The translations under genes and the position numbers were made by a program. A DNA stretch of 64,000 nt from Takakia lepidozioides (Eukaryota; Plantae; Bryophyta): NCBI GenBank assembly GCA_030704615.1, contig CM060734.1, positions 60,574,001 to 60,638,000 on the forward strand, written 5' to 3'. This document shows, piece by piece, positions 35,664 through 49,700 of the stretch. Every line of letters begins with the position of its first letter. Positions within the stretch are counted from its first letter, which is position 1. A model generated the notes under the pieces. That model saw nothing but the letters and a program-made list of their open reading frames with translations, did no database searches and was not told the DNA's origin.

Positions 35664-38600
35664 CTGCCATATCACATAGAGAATCAATACAGGAGTGAGT
35701 CTCAACCAGCTTCACATCTTGTGCACAAGTAGGAATACACAAAACCTCCTGACATCAAGCTTCACTAATACAGTAGGAACTTGTTTCAGGTAAGAAACTT
35801 CTTGGCCAAACATGAGTGTGCTAAGCATGCACAACAATCTCCATCAGAAACACGTCACAAACGTGACACTCTACTCAATTTTTTTGAGACAAATCACCCC
35901 CGTAAAGTCAAACAAGATTAACCAAATTAACTCGAGCTAGAGGTTAAATAGCGTTATGCACTTTGCTTGACAACCCACATAGCAAATAAATTATATACAA
36001 AGTCGATGTATTAATGCCCAATTCTCTGGTACTCCCTCCTTTGTAAAGTGACCCTTGATACCTATATGTTATGTCCACCCCTTTGTAGGAAAGTACAGTG
36101 AAGGCCGCCTAAAGTAGGTTGAAACATAAATATTTCCATTGACATTTCATTAAGAAATAAATAATGTGGAACCACTGCCATGTGACCGAAAAATTTCTGA
36201 ATTAATATAGGGATGGATGTCTAGCAAATTGGTTCTATATAATGCACTATAGTTCTATTTCCGAGAAGGGGGTTTCACGAATTTGTTCACTACGAGGAAG
36301 AGTACGATTTGAACACTCCATATGCACCTACGAAAAGCGAGATATGGGGACTGGTTGATCCATATGCAAACGAAGACGAACATATTTTAGATCTAGTGGC
36401 ATGAGTGACATTTTCCAATGTTCAGGAGCTGGAATTCAAAGTGATTAATATGTTTCTAGCCCTCGGCGGTTGAGACACTTTCTAATACGGTTAGATCTGT
36501 AAAAAATAGTCTAAGTTATCTACGTTGCAGGTTGCAAATTGTCGACATGACACTATTGACACTTATTTTCAGTCGATTTGACATGTAACTCTGTAAATGT
36601 TATATTTTTTGAGATCTTCCCTCGTTTACAGTGACATGGATAAATGTTAAGAAGAGTCTTGGTCGCCCTCTTTAATTGGTAATCTGTTATTACTCTGTTA
36701 TTGTTATTTTTTTCTTACCCCCAAGGCGTAACAATAAAGCGACTGTACCCTTAAAGAACTGCCCAGAATTTTCCTTTATGATTCAAGGTCCCTCCCTGAT
36801 GGGAATATGCCTCGAAATACTCCCGCTCAAATTGGAGAAACATTTTGCAAATTGGATGAAAATTCTGAGCCGTTCTTCACGTTTGGGAGGCTGGCAGCCT
36901 GAAAATCGTGCAATGCCCGCGGGCAGGGGCCTTCCCCTACCCACTCGAGCATTCTGCTACCTACTCCGTAGCCGGTCGCTGTGACTGGCTCGACGCGGCA
37001 GAAAAACCACCTCCTCGTGACCGTAACGTGTATATCTTGTATCTTCCTCAGAGCATCGCGGCAAAGTTCCGTGTCAGAGAAATAAGACACAAAAACCATG
37101 CCCCACCGCTGCACGTTACAATGCGCGACAACGTTCCGTGCGCTCCAAATTGGAACCGGACCGGCCCTATGGCTCACGCAATTCAACGTCAGACGAGTCC
37201 AGCGCGCATCTGGAGTCAGGCGATCATCCCACACGAGCGAGAGGTTGAGCGGGAGGGTGGCATGAGGTTTGCCGTGCAACCGGTGGGTGCAGGCACCCCA
37301 TCTTCTTGAGCGCTCTGCACATGCCTCGATAAACGGCACTTGATGTACCAGATCCAGAAAACAGCACCGTTGAGTGTGGGACCCATTAGAGAAACATAAC
37401 ATTTTTTAGCAATTTTTAAAAGATCTGAATGCCGGGATCAACTCCAGGCTTCATCCTCTTGGGATTCCTCATCCGACAAGCCAAAAACCATCCAATTTGG
37501 CCAATACATCTAGTGCTGCCACTTGGTCAGATCCCTTAGTTATTGATGGTTTCTTTTCCCTTTTAATAAAGAAAGATTATATATACATATATAAATAATG
37601 ATATGAGGGCTTGGGAGTCTTGGGTCTCCGATTATGGGGAATTGATTGCCAACAATGGCAGGTTGTCCGTCTCGCCCGATTGAGACTGGGAACGACATGG
37701 AGAGGTTCGGTTTTGTGAGTTAAGTATGCAATGTCAAGGTAGTTGAGGATGATTGAGTGCCATACAATTTGATAGGGTTGGATTATTCCTTTACTAACTA
37801 GGGGTGACTTCTTTCTAGGTATACGGGTGTAATGTATTTCCAGTGACACGGTCTGAATTCCCCCTTCAGTTTGTCCCTGTGCCCCCTTGTAAGCCTTCAG
37901 GGCTCTTTGAGAGGTTATTTTTTCCTCTTTCTAAAATCTGATTTCCACGGTCGAGCTGAGTCTGTCCCCTGTTTTCACCAAAAAGTGAAATAAATAAAAG
38001 TTTCCGAATGTGTCATCTGGAAATTCCATACACGTATTCCGATCAATCTGGATCACTCAATCAATCCATTCCTATGAAGTGAATTTTTTTCAGTGTCTTT
38101 TACTGGACTCAGCTCAAGTTAAGCCAGCCTTGACTGGAAACCCAATTCCCTATTACATTTTGTTTTTACTATTTTATCTTAGAATTCCTCACTTCTTGAC
38201 TCCCATAGCATCATTAGGTTATAAATTCAGCTAAGCATTTATTGTTAAGCAAATTTTTGGTTGAGGCAGAGTTTTGGCTTGGTGTACTCTGAGGCTTCAA
38301 GCTCCCTGTGAAGAAAACCTGGAGGTAACAATCGGAGCACTCACATGCTGAAGCTCAGTCTTGGCATTGCAGGCTGCCTGTGTCTCTAACTCTCAAATGT
38401 GCGTCTCATCGTGGGTATTGGCATTTAGCATGTCTTTTGTCATTGTTTGTTGAGAGCAGGCAACCAGAGGTAGAGAATGTGGGCTGGAATATAAATCAAT
38501 CAGCTGCACAATCAGATTGAGTATGCCTGTAGCTTTAAGTCTCTAACATATGAATACAACCCCCAAGTAGATGCCATCTTTTGGTGCAAGAGAAGAGCCT

Positions 38601-40036
38601 TATTGGAACTCTTAGTAGGCTATATACATGTTCTCAGTAACTGTTGTTACAAATTGATCAGTTGCACTACCCAACCGGCAGACCTTCCATTGTTCAATCT
38701 GGTGACTCCATCATCTGTGGACCTCATGTCAGCATATGGTGGAAACTCACATCAGAGTGACAGGCTGGTAGGCTATTGATGTGTGAAATCTGCTCCAACT
38801 CATAAGGCATAATGAGTTTTGTGGTCAATGCGATTGCTTGACACTGCCCAGAAAAAAGCATGGTGAGCCAAGACCTTCAGTGACAAAGACAGCAAACCCC
38901 TTTCTTCTCCATACCTTGAAGCTGCAAAGAATTTGAATGAAAACAGCACCGTTCAATCCTCCAATTTCAATTGCACCTGTTTGGGCCGATGTCTTCACCT
39001 TAGGAATGGAGACCATATGCAAGATCAATACGGTGGATGGTATCAACCTGCACGCAAAGGACCTAGTAAAAATGCACGTTGTTTCGTAAAGGCTCAGTTG
39101 ATTTGTTTTCAGCCCCACCGCAGTTGCAAACTTGGGTGCCTGAGGGGGCTACAAGATGCACAGGTTTCTTGAGGACCTTACACAGTAAATGATTTTGATT
39201 GAAGGCCCCCGGAAGATGAAACAGAGATTTTCCACATTGGCCATAGGATGGTGTTGCCCACTATGCTTTGCCTCTCCTTGCCTTCATTCAGTGAGTATTG
39301 ATATGCCGGTACCTTGGTGGAGGTTGAAAGTTACAGTTAGATACCAGCAGTGCATACAACATTTTCTTAAGGTCATTCCATTGCACTACCTACTTACAAC
39401 AATAAGCCTGAGTCCCAAGTCAGTCTTGCGACATTGTGCTCTAGCTCTCTCATTACCGATCAATTGAAATTGGCTCTTAAAGTGGCATGAGCATGTACAT
39501 ATGTCACAAGACACTGGTGGACTGCAAGCAAATTGATGAGCAACTGCAGGAAAAACTCTTCTTTGACAACCACACAATGTGTACTCCATATCCAATTTCA
39601 AGTCTAAGCAAGGCTTCGTAAGTTTCCAGGTTCTCTCTTCAGCCCTCCCCCCCCGCCCTTACCATTCCCCGAGCAATAAAACCTTAAAGCCTTACCTCGT
39701 CTGCAGTATTAAGGGAATACTTGAAGAACGTACACTCTCTGATTTTCTTTTTAAGAGAGGAAACATGCACGGTTGCTACAGTGTCAAATCAGTGGCCCCT
39801 AGCTCACTACAAACTGAAGAAAGAAAGAAATAACTATATTTAGAATGTATCTGCGTATTGATCAATCCAGCTACCCTTGCAACACCAAAACCCAATATCT
39901 ATCCTGCCATTGGATAGATGCTTCTGACCACTGCATGATGAGCTGTGAATTATCTTTGGGTTTGAGTGCAGAAAAACAGTCTGGCGGTTCAAACAATGGG
40001 ACTGAAGAACAGGACCTACGAGGGAAAGAAGTTGCA

Positions 40037-40140
40037 GATGTACTCATAAGACATTGTTTGCCATAGCCTTGTGGCCATAGACCCCGTGCCCAGTTTGGGT
40101 GGAACAAAACGGAACAGACACTACCTTTGTGAGGGATTCA
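40037..40140. repeat. Dispersed ~125-bp mini-element copy (others at ~45903-45975, 53866-53951, 58638-58782, 59139-59243, 62241-62283, 63443-63562)
   Basis: Shared core gtactcataagac.ttgtttgcc.tagccttgtggccatagacc..gtgcccagtttggg.ggaacaa...gaacagacactacctttgtgagggg. Confidence 0.85.
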
Positions 40141-40462
40141 AAGAAGTACCTCATCAATCCCAGTTACAGAGTTAGTTACTGAGAAGGTGACCATAAGCTA
40201 GAAGCCGAAGAAGGCTGCAGAAAGGGCCGTCTACATGACGTAGGTCTTTCTAACTTTCTGGTTACGGTGTTGCTTCACAAGCAGTTTTGCATCCACAATT
40301 GAACAACCCTAGATAGAATGCCAAGTGCTTGTAGCTGCAACCTGGACTACAACAGCCATACAGAGGGAGGGAGAGAGAGAAAAATGGCAAAGGAGAGATG
40401 AATAAGCACACCAATGTAGCTCAGAAGTGGTGGACAAAGACAGAGTGTATTGAGGAAAACTC

Positions 40463-41638
40463 TTATACCGAAGGGCACATCCGGGGATCAATGCAAAACC
40501 CCCAAATGGACACCTCTGACCAATCTGCACAGCTGGGGCTGCTTGGCAGCCATCGCCAGGTGGGAGGGCGGTTCGCCAAGTCGCATACAAGTACTCGTGG
40601 TGTTTTCTTGACATGCAGGTAGAGAAAATTACCGGACCCGACACACTGGAAGGAGTAAAACATCTTACCCTTCCTGTAAAACTCCTTGAACAAGCGATCA
40701 GGCATTGTTTCTACCTCCACCCACTCGGCTACTGATTCCCTAAGTTCCCAAATTCTCACACCTTCAAAGGTCTGATCTACCCTAAGGGCCCCTACAAGTA
40801 ACAATCGACCAAAGTATTCTACAAGGTCTCCATACCACAAAAACGAGGGCCTCGACACAGGCACCACCCGCCACATCCCCTGCTCCATGTTATAAGCCAA
40901 CAGAGCATCAGGGGGACCTGATGTCATACAATAGAAGAGTCCATTGCAAAAAGCACTTCTTGCAAATGACATCTTACGTGGAAGGCTTCCTGTCACTGTC
41001 CATCGATTGAGCCTTGACTCATACACCTCAGTGGCAGCACCAGACTCGTAGCTGCCTACAGCCACAATCTTGTAATCCCTTGTGATTGGATCAACATGAA
41101 TGCCAATCACTGGGTCGATTCGGTCCTCTTGCCATGGTGGTAGAGCCCTCCATGACTTCAACAAAGGGTTACAGACAGAGAGAACTTGATCTCCATCGAC
41201 ATAGGCACGTATGCAGAGCAAGCCTCCTGCTGCAGCGGTAGGGTACATAAAGTCAGGGGGAAGGAAATTGAGTGGAACCTTATGCCATCGGTCAAAAGCA
41301 GGGTCATAGGCATATGACCAATTTCGACAGCGTCTATATGACAGGATGAACAACCAAGCTTCCCGTGGATGGACCTGCGTACGAATGTCAAAGAAACTGG
41401 AGCAGTAGAGGCTGGCATGCCATCTTTTTGCCACAGTGCGAGAACGGAAATAGGCTGACACTGGCAGGTAGGCCTGTATTCTATCTACAACTTCCTCAGG
41501 CAGTTCTGGATAGCGCACCTTCCTGTTCTGTGCAGCACGCTGTCTTTCTCGAATTTGTGTGTCATACATGTAGGCTGCAAGACCTAACCCCACAGGCCCT
41601 CCCACTACCCATGTGCTGGTGCTGCCAATGTTGCCCAT
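40463..41638 (-). CDS. F-box protein with C-terminal kelch/F-box-associated beta-propeller
   Basis: LPEEVVDRIQAYLP..YFRSRTVAKRW F-box; AGGLLC, VCNPL..WR.LP, EVYES..NRW motifs. Single 391-aa ORF. Confidence 0.9.
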   Translation of the reverse strand: MGNIGSTSTWVVGGPVGLGLAAYMYDTQIRERQRAAQNRKVRYPELPEEVVDRIQAYLPVSAYFRSRTVAKRWHASLYCSSFFDIRTQVHPREAWLFILSYRRCRNWSYAYDPAFDRWHKVPLNFLPPDFMYPTAAAGGLLCIRAYVDGDQVLSVCNPLLKSWRALPPWQEDRIDPVIGIHVDPITRDYKIVAVGSYESGAATEVYESRLNRWTVTGSLPRKMSFARSAFCNGLFYCMTSGPPDALLAYNMEQGMWRVVPVSRPSFLWYGDLVEYFGRLLLVGALRVDQTFEGVRIWELRESVAEWVEVETMPDRLFKEFYRKGKMFYSFQCVGSGNFLYLHVKKTPRVLVCDLANRPPTWRWLPSSPSCADWSEVSIWGFCIDPRMCPSV

Positions 41639-42329
41639 TCACAAGGGATTCTGCCTCAGTCCTTGATTATCCTGTCTCATTTCTACTCTCATCTTCTTTG
41701 TATATCTGCCTTTTCTTTGCGTGTCTGCCTTTGCTCCCTGTTTTTAACTTCAAGTTCCTGTACTACTTTGTCCACATTTTGGCTGGCTTTACAGATTTTC
41801 TGAGCTACTTTCATATCAACCTGAATTCAACCCGCAGCCCACAAGCCTGAATACATACTTGCATGTGCCTTCTGCATACTTCCACATCCATCGCTGCTGA
41901 GATAAAGGAGGGGCGGAATGGAAGGGAAGATGTCATTTCAATCAATCATACAAAAGGATAAAAACGTTCCTAATTGTGCTTGAGGAAGAAAGAAACTTGA
42001 TAAGGACAAAAGAAAGAATTTTCATAACATCCACAGAGAGTGAGAAGAAAGAACGGAGATGTGGGTGGAGGTAGGGGAAGCTCCTGTTGAAATATCCACA
42101 GATCCTACAGCACCAGGAAAAGCCTCTTTGGGTATCAAAGAATTAAGAAGAACTATTAGAGTAGAACAGAGAAGCCTTAAGGAATTCAAATAGGGGAGGA
42201 TTTGCAAAGAGAAGAGAAATGAAATGAAATGAAATGGTACTTTATACCGTAAGAAAGAGAGCAAGAAAGAGAATAGGCAGAGGAAGGGTTTAGGGTTTTG
42301 GAGAGAGAAGGAATGGGAGCTAATGAGGT

Positions 42330-42712
42330 ATGGCCATGTCAGGTCTGGTCCACTTGCAATGCTCGATGACCCAATGATGGTTGCATCTGGCCTGGGCGAA
42401 AAGCCACTGCCACAGCTGAGAACTAGCCAACAGTGATGATCATGTCAGCTTTAGGCTTGCAATGGTTGGTGGACCAATGGCAGCTGTGCCTAGCTTGCTT
42501 GAAAAGCCACCACCACAGCTGAACGCAAGCCAATAGGAGATGGCCACGTCAGATTTGACCACTGGCAATGCATGGTGGACCAATTGGGCTGCCCTGGTCG
42601 GCTCGTGTGAAAAGCCATCGTTTTGGCTGATTGAGAGCCAATGAGGAATGGTCATGTCAGCTTTTCCGTATTTGTAACACTTGATGGACCAATGGTGGCT
42701 GCATTTGCCCGT
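42330..42712. repeat. Degenerate ~105-bp tandem repeat (about 4 units) rich in CCAAT and CA(C/T)GTCAG motifs
   Basis: atggccatgtcag...gaccaat...gaaaagcca...agccaa recurs at ~42330, 42437, 42540 and 42648. Confidence 0.7.
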
Positions 42713-43729
42713 GTCAGTGTGCTGCTATGTTACAATGACAGGTGACTGCAACTGCCATGACCTTCTAAACTGGTAGGCAGTCTTCAGGTGGTTTTGGGGC
42801 AGGCCCCCTGCCCCTTCTCTGGTTTTACTGCTGTATTGGTCTCTCACAAAGTGGCTCATCTTTAAATTAATGAGATTAAAAATACTGGTAGGCCGGTGTA
42901 GGACTCAGCCAAAATAACGAAGAAAGGAAGTTTAAGATTCAGCTGATAATCCAAACTATGGAAAGGTGAACTCTGTGCCCACATCAATTATCCATACTCC
43001 AAAATCTAGCGATGGATCACATTAAGGTACAATCGACTCTGCCAGCCCATACCCCGAAATCTGCCCACATAAATTGCTCACTTGTAAGCTGGGCTGCCAC
43101 CCAAAATTTGCCTTTGCTTGGCTGAAATTTGTCATGAACCACTTTGTCCTTTTAAGAGCTACTGGTATAAGTTTAGACCACTGTTGAGAGCCACTACGGC
43201 ACCCACAGTGGTTCCCCCCATCACTGGATACACAGGGCTTGCAGACTACAACAAGTTGAACCACAGGGCAGACCACTCCTGCTGCTAACGAGGTGGCTGC
43301 TATCGCTTTAACTGCAAGCTGTCCCTCAGTATAGTTAATGGTCGCCTGGTGAAAGATGGTCAGGCGGCCATAGCCAACGAGTAGTCCTACAGCTTGCAAG
43401 CATGAAATAGCTTGATTGCTGTGCTGATGGATTACTCAGATCCAAGGGGGAAGCAACTGCATGATCCACTTCCCTCAGGGTACCCAGGTGGTACTCTCTA
43501 ATGTTCATGTCACGATGAATTTGATCGAGCTCACATTTTCGAATGTAGTCCCTTTGGATAAGCAAAAACTATTTTGAGGCTCTGGCAGCAAAAGTAGAGT
43601 GCTCCTATGAAGATGGAAGTTTCCTTGACAAGCAAAATGGCAGAGAGTTTGAATAAGTACCTAAAGTGCAAAGTCAACGTAAATCAGAGTGTCAAGACAC
43701 TGCTGCCAGAAAGCGGTCTGTTTCTTCAC

Positions 43730-46700
43730 CTTTGTACAGTCTGAGATTATCAAACCATGTGTAAAATGACTCCAGCAGCTTCTGCTTGCAGTCCCTTACC
43801 TGTCATTCAACCCCTCCACCAGTCATCTGGGGCCATTGGTTTTGTGACAACTTCATATAGTACACAAAAACCTCTGTAAAGCTTTCCAAGTCTGCCAAAG
43901 TCTGAGTCTGCATCTGAATCTTGGCTATACATGGTGTTGTTGGGTTCCACATGATCACTTACCATGGGAACAGGATCCTTGGGATCTTTTCTAGTAAGAG
44001 ACCATCAGAACATACTGCCAAGTCATATGAAGGCAAATCGTTGACCTCTGAACCTAAATATCACACCTATTTGGACATTAGACATATATAGAGGGGGCTT
44101 TTAGGAGAATCTTAATTGATGATGCCAAAAGATGTCCTTTTGGTTAGCACCTCCTGTTGAAGAGCCTCAAGCTCAACTTTGACGTCCTTAAGCTCGTTGT
44201 AGGCCTTGTGGTATGCAGCCTTCACCACCTTGAACCTGTATCAATGCAGATAACACAGATAGTTTCCTGAGTGATACTCCAAGATGAACCCTATGAGCTA
44301 CACAAGCTCTCCTTTAGGCGAATATTTCTCGGCAAAAAGTGCTCCCTTTGACGGATACATAAAGAGCACTATAAATTCTTATTTCTTTTGTTAGATACTC
44401 AGATCCGAATGCAAGTTTCCTTTTCTGCCACTTCTAAGGGACCGACACAAACATCTTTGCACAAACTCCATCGGGATTTTAGCATTTGTCACAACTACCT
44501 TCAGACGTGAGAAAAGTGGAACATACCTATTCATGAGATGAACCCTGGTGGTGTCAACTTGGTCATCCACACCTGCATTCTCAGGATTGCCGGTACTACC
44601 TTCCTCTAACAATTTCTGCAGAGAAGGTCACAGGTATTTCCAGTCACCCCAAATCTTGGAAGGATTTGACCTATTTGAAAGATGGACAATCTTTACTACG
44701 CTCAGGGCTGATGGGATAAAGTAGAACTACAATGGAAGACCAAAACAGAATATACATCCATGGAAAGACAAAGGAGCTTAATGGGATGAGAAGAGAAATG
44801 AAATGGTACTTTATCCGCGGAAAGCTCAAAGAGCTTATGGGACAAAATGAAAAAAACATGAGAGAGGAAACAAAACCAGAGCCATAAACAGCCCAAAAGC
44901 AACTACTACTCAAGGGATTGTCTACGGAAGAAGGCTTCGTGCAGGTAACCTGCCAAGCATTTCTGATCCTCATAGTGGAAGACTTCAGAGAGAGATTGAG
45001 TTCCGCGGAACAGACAGTGGAACCTCCCACCGATCTCATAATATAGAGGGCAGTAAAAGAAGTGTTCTTCAGTTTCAACTTCCTGGTTGCGCCCGGTGCA
45101 AGCTGGGCATAGGCAGAGAAGAAAGACCACAATGCATTACGTAGGCCCAGTGGGCCTATAGAGAGAGAACTGCGATGGAGTACTGCTGACCTTAATCTCC
45201 TGTATTTCATGCTTTGCTTCATTAACACAAGCACATATATCACGAGCATATCGTCTCTTTGCCCTGCCACCAAGGTCAAAACATTTAGCTGTTTACGTCA
45301 CATATATCTCAACTGTAATTTTTCTGTATGTAGTGTTATCAAAGGTAGATGACCATGTTGCATTCACAGATGACAATTCCCTACTTAAGTTCGATGTGCT
45401 TGGTTTTCAGCATGTTTTCTTGCACCATCCCTTCTTCTGTAGTATGCTTGAACTCCAGAAACGCCTGGAACACCAACCCAATAGACCCAACAAGTCAGGA
45501 TACACCTGGAATTCCAATGGAATTCATTTAACGTAATCTTCATGCATTTGCAGTTAGGGCTGTTATGCAGGCACATATAAAGATATCTCCATCCACGACT
45601 TTGACTACACAACCCTTCACAAGTTAGATAAAGTACATCATTTCTGAATTCGCTTTCACATTCCCATACGCCTTCGGGCACATCTGTCTCTTTGTAATCC
45701 AACATGGTGACACCACAGCGCTTCGCTTCAGGACTCAAGCGACCTGAGCTGGCCGGACTGTCTGGTCTTGCATCAGGTGGGGCTGTGCCCACATGAAAAC
45801 CCTGCTCATTCAGACCACAAATGTTACTGGGATCAGTGATGGCGTCAGAGACTCCTTATGCCAAATATCAAGAGAAGCTATCATCACATAGTATACTATT
45901 TTAGAATGTGCTCATAAGACGTTGTTTGAAGTAGCCTTGTGGCCATAGACCCACTATGTTGTTAGAGTGTGAACCAGAAGGCATTTTTTTCCAGATGGAA
46001 ATCAACCCAGAAGGCTTCAGGTGGGTCTCAATCTTCTATTTTGTTTCTAGGAAACAAAAGATACAAGATGTAGAATCAACACACAGAGCACAGGCTACAG
46101 CCAGCAGCCCGTGGCAGATATCTCATCCTAGTTAGCTGGTGAGTGCAAATTAAGCATATCCACAGCTCACCACAGATATATTTACCTGTTTCAATCACAA
46201 CGTCATTGCACAACTCGCATTAGCAGAAATTGCCACTGTCCTGTGATCTGGGTTCAGGTCTCGAAGCGGAATAAGTTAAGTACAGAGAGAATGAACGCAC
46301 CTGTACTTCAAGCTCACCAACACCAACATCTTCAGGAGGGGGTTCCTCTTTTTCTGGGGCTTGTCCATATTCGTGCAGCAACCTCTCCAGCTGTATCATT
46401 CCAAAATCATCTCCATACCTTCCATTTTCTGTCTGTCTACCCACACTACCCCCATTCTGCCTACACAATGCTTCCACCTTGGAGATGTTTAAATTGTAGT
46501 TTGATGGTTATGGTGGCTGGTTGTTGGCGGGCCCACTTTTCTGTCTTGTTTCTATTTTACCTTTGTCCCTTAAGCTCTTAGCTTGCCCTAAAGTTCCGTT
46601 CTTTCTTCCGAGCCATTGTAGACGTCGCAGTTCTGTGTGTTTCCAGCTCTTTGCTAAGGGATTCCACCTGCAGGTGGATGCTTGTCGTGAGGGGATCTGG

Positions 46701-49700
46701 GAGGCTCTTCTCTGTGAAGGTCTTCACTTCGCCTTCAAGTTTTGAAAGACGCGTATGTGTGGATTTGTCATTGAGATGTTTCGCCAGACCTTGAAGTTTG
46801 CTAGTGCACTCCTGAAGACAGGCTCGCAAAGCGCTGTCCTGAACTCGCATATTGTTCTCCAAGTCTGTGTCTCTGTCTGTCATGCGCTTCTGCCAATCTT
46901 TGTCCAAGGAAGTCATGCGATTCTGCCAATCTTTGTCCAAGGAATCCATGCGCCTTTCCCAATTTTTGTTAAGGGAAGCCATCCGCGTCTCCCAGTCTTT
47001 GTCTAGGGAAGCCAACCACTCCTACGAGTCACTGTTTTTTTCCAAGGTCAACTTTCTCTCTCGTTTCTCTCTCGCGCGCGCGCAGCAGCACGTCGGCGCT
47101 CGCGCGTCGGCGTTGCGCTCACGGGCGTTGGCGCGCTAGCGCCATCTCCACCACACCATGACGTCCAAACGCCAAAGGACGGCTGCCGACGAGGTAGACT
47201 ACCCGTCTCCCTCACGTCGACCTGATTCCCCTCTGCTTCTTCTTCCTGCCCCTGTCTCTCATCAAGCCTCTCCTTTGCGTCAGTACTCCACAAGGAGTGC
47301 TGATGTTCAAACGCTTCGGGACTAAATCTCCATCTTACAAACGAAATGCATCTCGGAGGACACTCTGCAGCAAGTGCTCGTTGCCCGTGACAATGATTTG
47401 GAGGAGCGGTTGGCTTCCCTAGACAAAGACTGGGAGACGCGGATGGCTTCCCTTAACAAAAATTGGGAAAAGCGCATGGATTCCTTGGACAAAGATTGGC
47501 AGAAACGCATGACTTCCTTGGACAAAGATTGGCAGAAGCGCATGACAGATAGATACACAGACTTGGAGAACAATATGCGAGTTCAGGATAGCGTTTTGCG
47601 GGCCTCTCTTCAGGAGTGCACTAGCAAACTTCAAGGTCTGGCGAAACATCTCAATGACAAATCCACACATACGCGTCTTTCAAAACTTGAAGGCGAAGTG
47701 AAGACCTTCACAGAGAAGAGCCTCCCAGATCCCCTCACAGCAAGCATCCACCTGCAGGTGGAATCCCTAAGCAAAGAGCTGGAAACACACAGAACTGCGA
47801 CGTCTACAATGGCTCGGGAGCTCCAAGCTCACAAGGCAGAGGCCTCCTCCTGGGCTAATATAGTTAAGGGGAGCACATCCAACAACAGTCCTCACTCTCT
47901 AGAGGAGACAGTCTCGGCTACCTTGCGAGAGGAACAGCAACGGGCTTTCAAAGCCCTTAACATCAGGGTCACTGGGAAGCTAGGGGGCCTTGCTGAGGGG
48001 ACCCTCTTGACGCTGCCACCAGCCTTATTCAGCAAAACCTTGCTCTCCCACGGGGCGCGAGTGGCATTGAAAGGGCTTGGCGTGCAGGATCTTCAGAGCA
48101 CAAAGTCCTCTTCATTAGATTCAAGGACAAGGGTGCTCGGGATAGAGTCCTCAGGCAGAGGCCTCAATTGAGAGGTCAGGGTATGTACCTCAACGATGAC
48201 TTGACCCCTTTGCAATACAACGCCATGCGGGTGCAACTCTTGCAGGTTAAGCAAGCTCGAGCTCAAGGGCACTATGCCGTGTACCGAGATGGGAGGGTAA
48301 TTGTCTGGGAGCACGAACGTCGGCCCTCTAGCTCTAAATAGGGGTTGGGGCACCATGAGACCAACGCACGCGCACATCTACACATTGGCTCATGGAACTG
48401 TAATGGCTCGTTGTGGAGCCACCCTCAAGGGCTTCTAGATATTCTTTCCAAGTGTGATGTTCTTTTTCTCTTGGAAACTCATGCGTATGAAGGAAAGGAC
48501 CCCCCTTTTATTCTCGGGTATAGCTTTCAGTCAGTGATTCGTCCACGTACAAGTCTCAAAGGATCTGGAGGTGTGGGTTGTTACTTTGCTGACTGGCTTC
48601 TCCCACTTATCTCCTTCCCATACAAAGACCCACTGGCAAGGTACATTTGGTGTCACATCAAAGGCTACAACATCCTGCTGGCGGGATGTTATTTTGCTCC
48701 GGCCGCATCTCCGCACAGCGGCCTACATATTCGAACAGATTCACCATATGTTCCATTGGAAGACGATATGGCCCATCTCCGTACCCCACAAACGGACATT
48801 TTCTTGGTTGGAGATTTCAACGCCCGTACAGGATCACTACAAGCCCCCACCTTCGACCACACAGATCCTCTACACATCCAACGCTCGCATACGGAATTGG
48901 AGAGGCAAAGTGCAGATTCCTCTTGCGAAATCACAAGTTACGGTCACCATCTACTCAAGTTTTGTGAAACTCAGGGGCTGTCCATTTACAATGGAACAAC
49001 CAACTTCAAATCCTCCAACCAGTTCACTTGCCACACGTACAAGGGCCAAAGCGTGGTTGACTATCTCTTGGGGAGCCCCAACAAGCCTGATAGAATAAGC
49101 TCCTTTTACATCACGAGGTACCCGGATTCTGATCACTCTTGCCTTTCCTTTGCATTTCCTTCCATCTCCCTCCCCGTGAGGATCCCCTCTGCGTCTCTTC
49201 CCTTACACCCACGTATCCACTTTAATACCCCTTTCTCTCACTTACACGACGCCGAGCATGAAACATACCTAGCGTCAACCCTCCCTTCCATTCTACATCT
49301 ATCATCTCCTAACGACAAGGCTACACATCTTACTCAAGCCCTTTGGGACTCAGCCCTGCGATCCTTTCCCGTCACCCTTCCATCTACCTCCTCACCCTTC
49401 TCCACTCGTCGTTACGCACCATTTTATGATGAGGAATGCAAGACTACTAGACGTCACATCAAATTTTTACTACTTGATACCAATTCTTCTCCAGAGTCCA
49501 CTAATCTTGCTCTTAAGCACTATAAGTCCCTCATTAGATCCAAAAAGCAAGCCTACACTATCAAGTTGCAATCTTCTTTCCTTGCTAAAATCAGATTTTC
49601 TCCTCGATCTTTTTGGTCCCTCCTTAAACCTCATAGAGATCCCCCCCCAATCACTGACATTCATGTCTGGCATGAGTATGCACAGTCTTTGTACCATTCC

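Noticed and set aside
36827-37402. 191-aa minus-strand and 133-aa plus-strand ORFs in a GC-rich patch
   Set aside because: No recognisable domain in any frame I read; cannot be supported as coding.
38300-39800. Exon-like segments on the minus strand
   Set aside because: Could not be assembled into a consistent ORF or assigned to a family.
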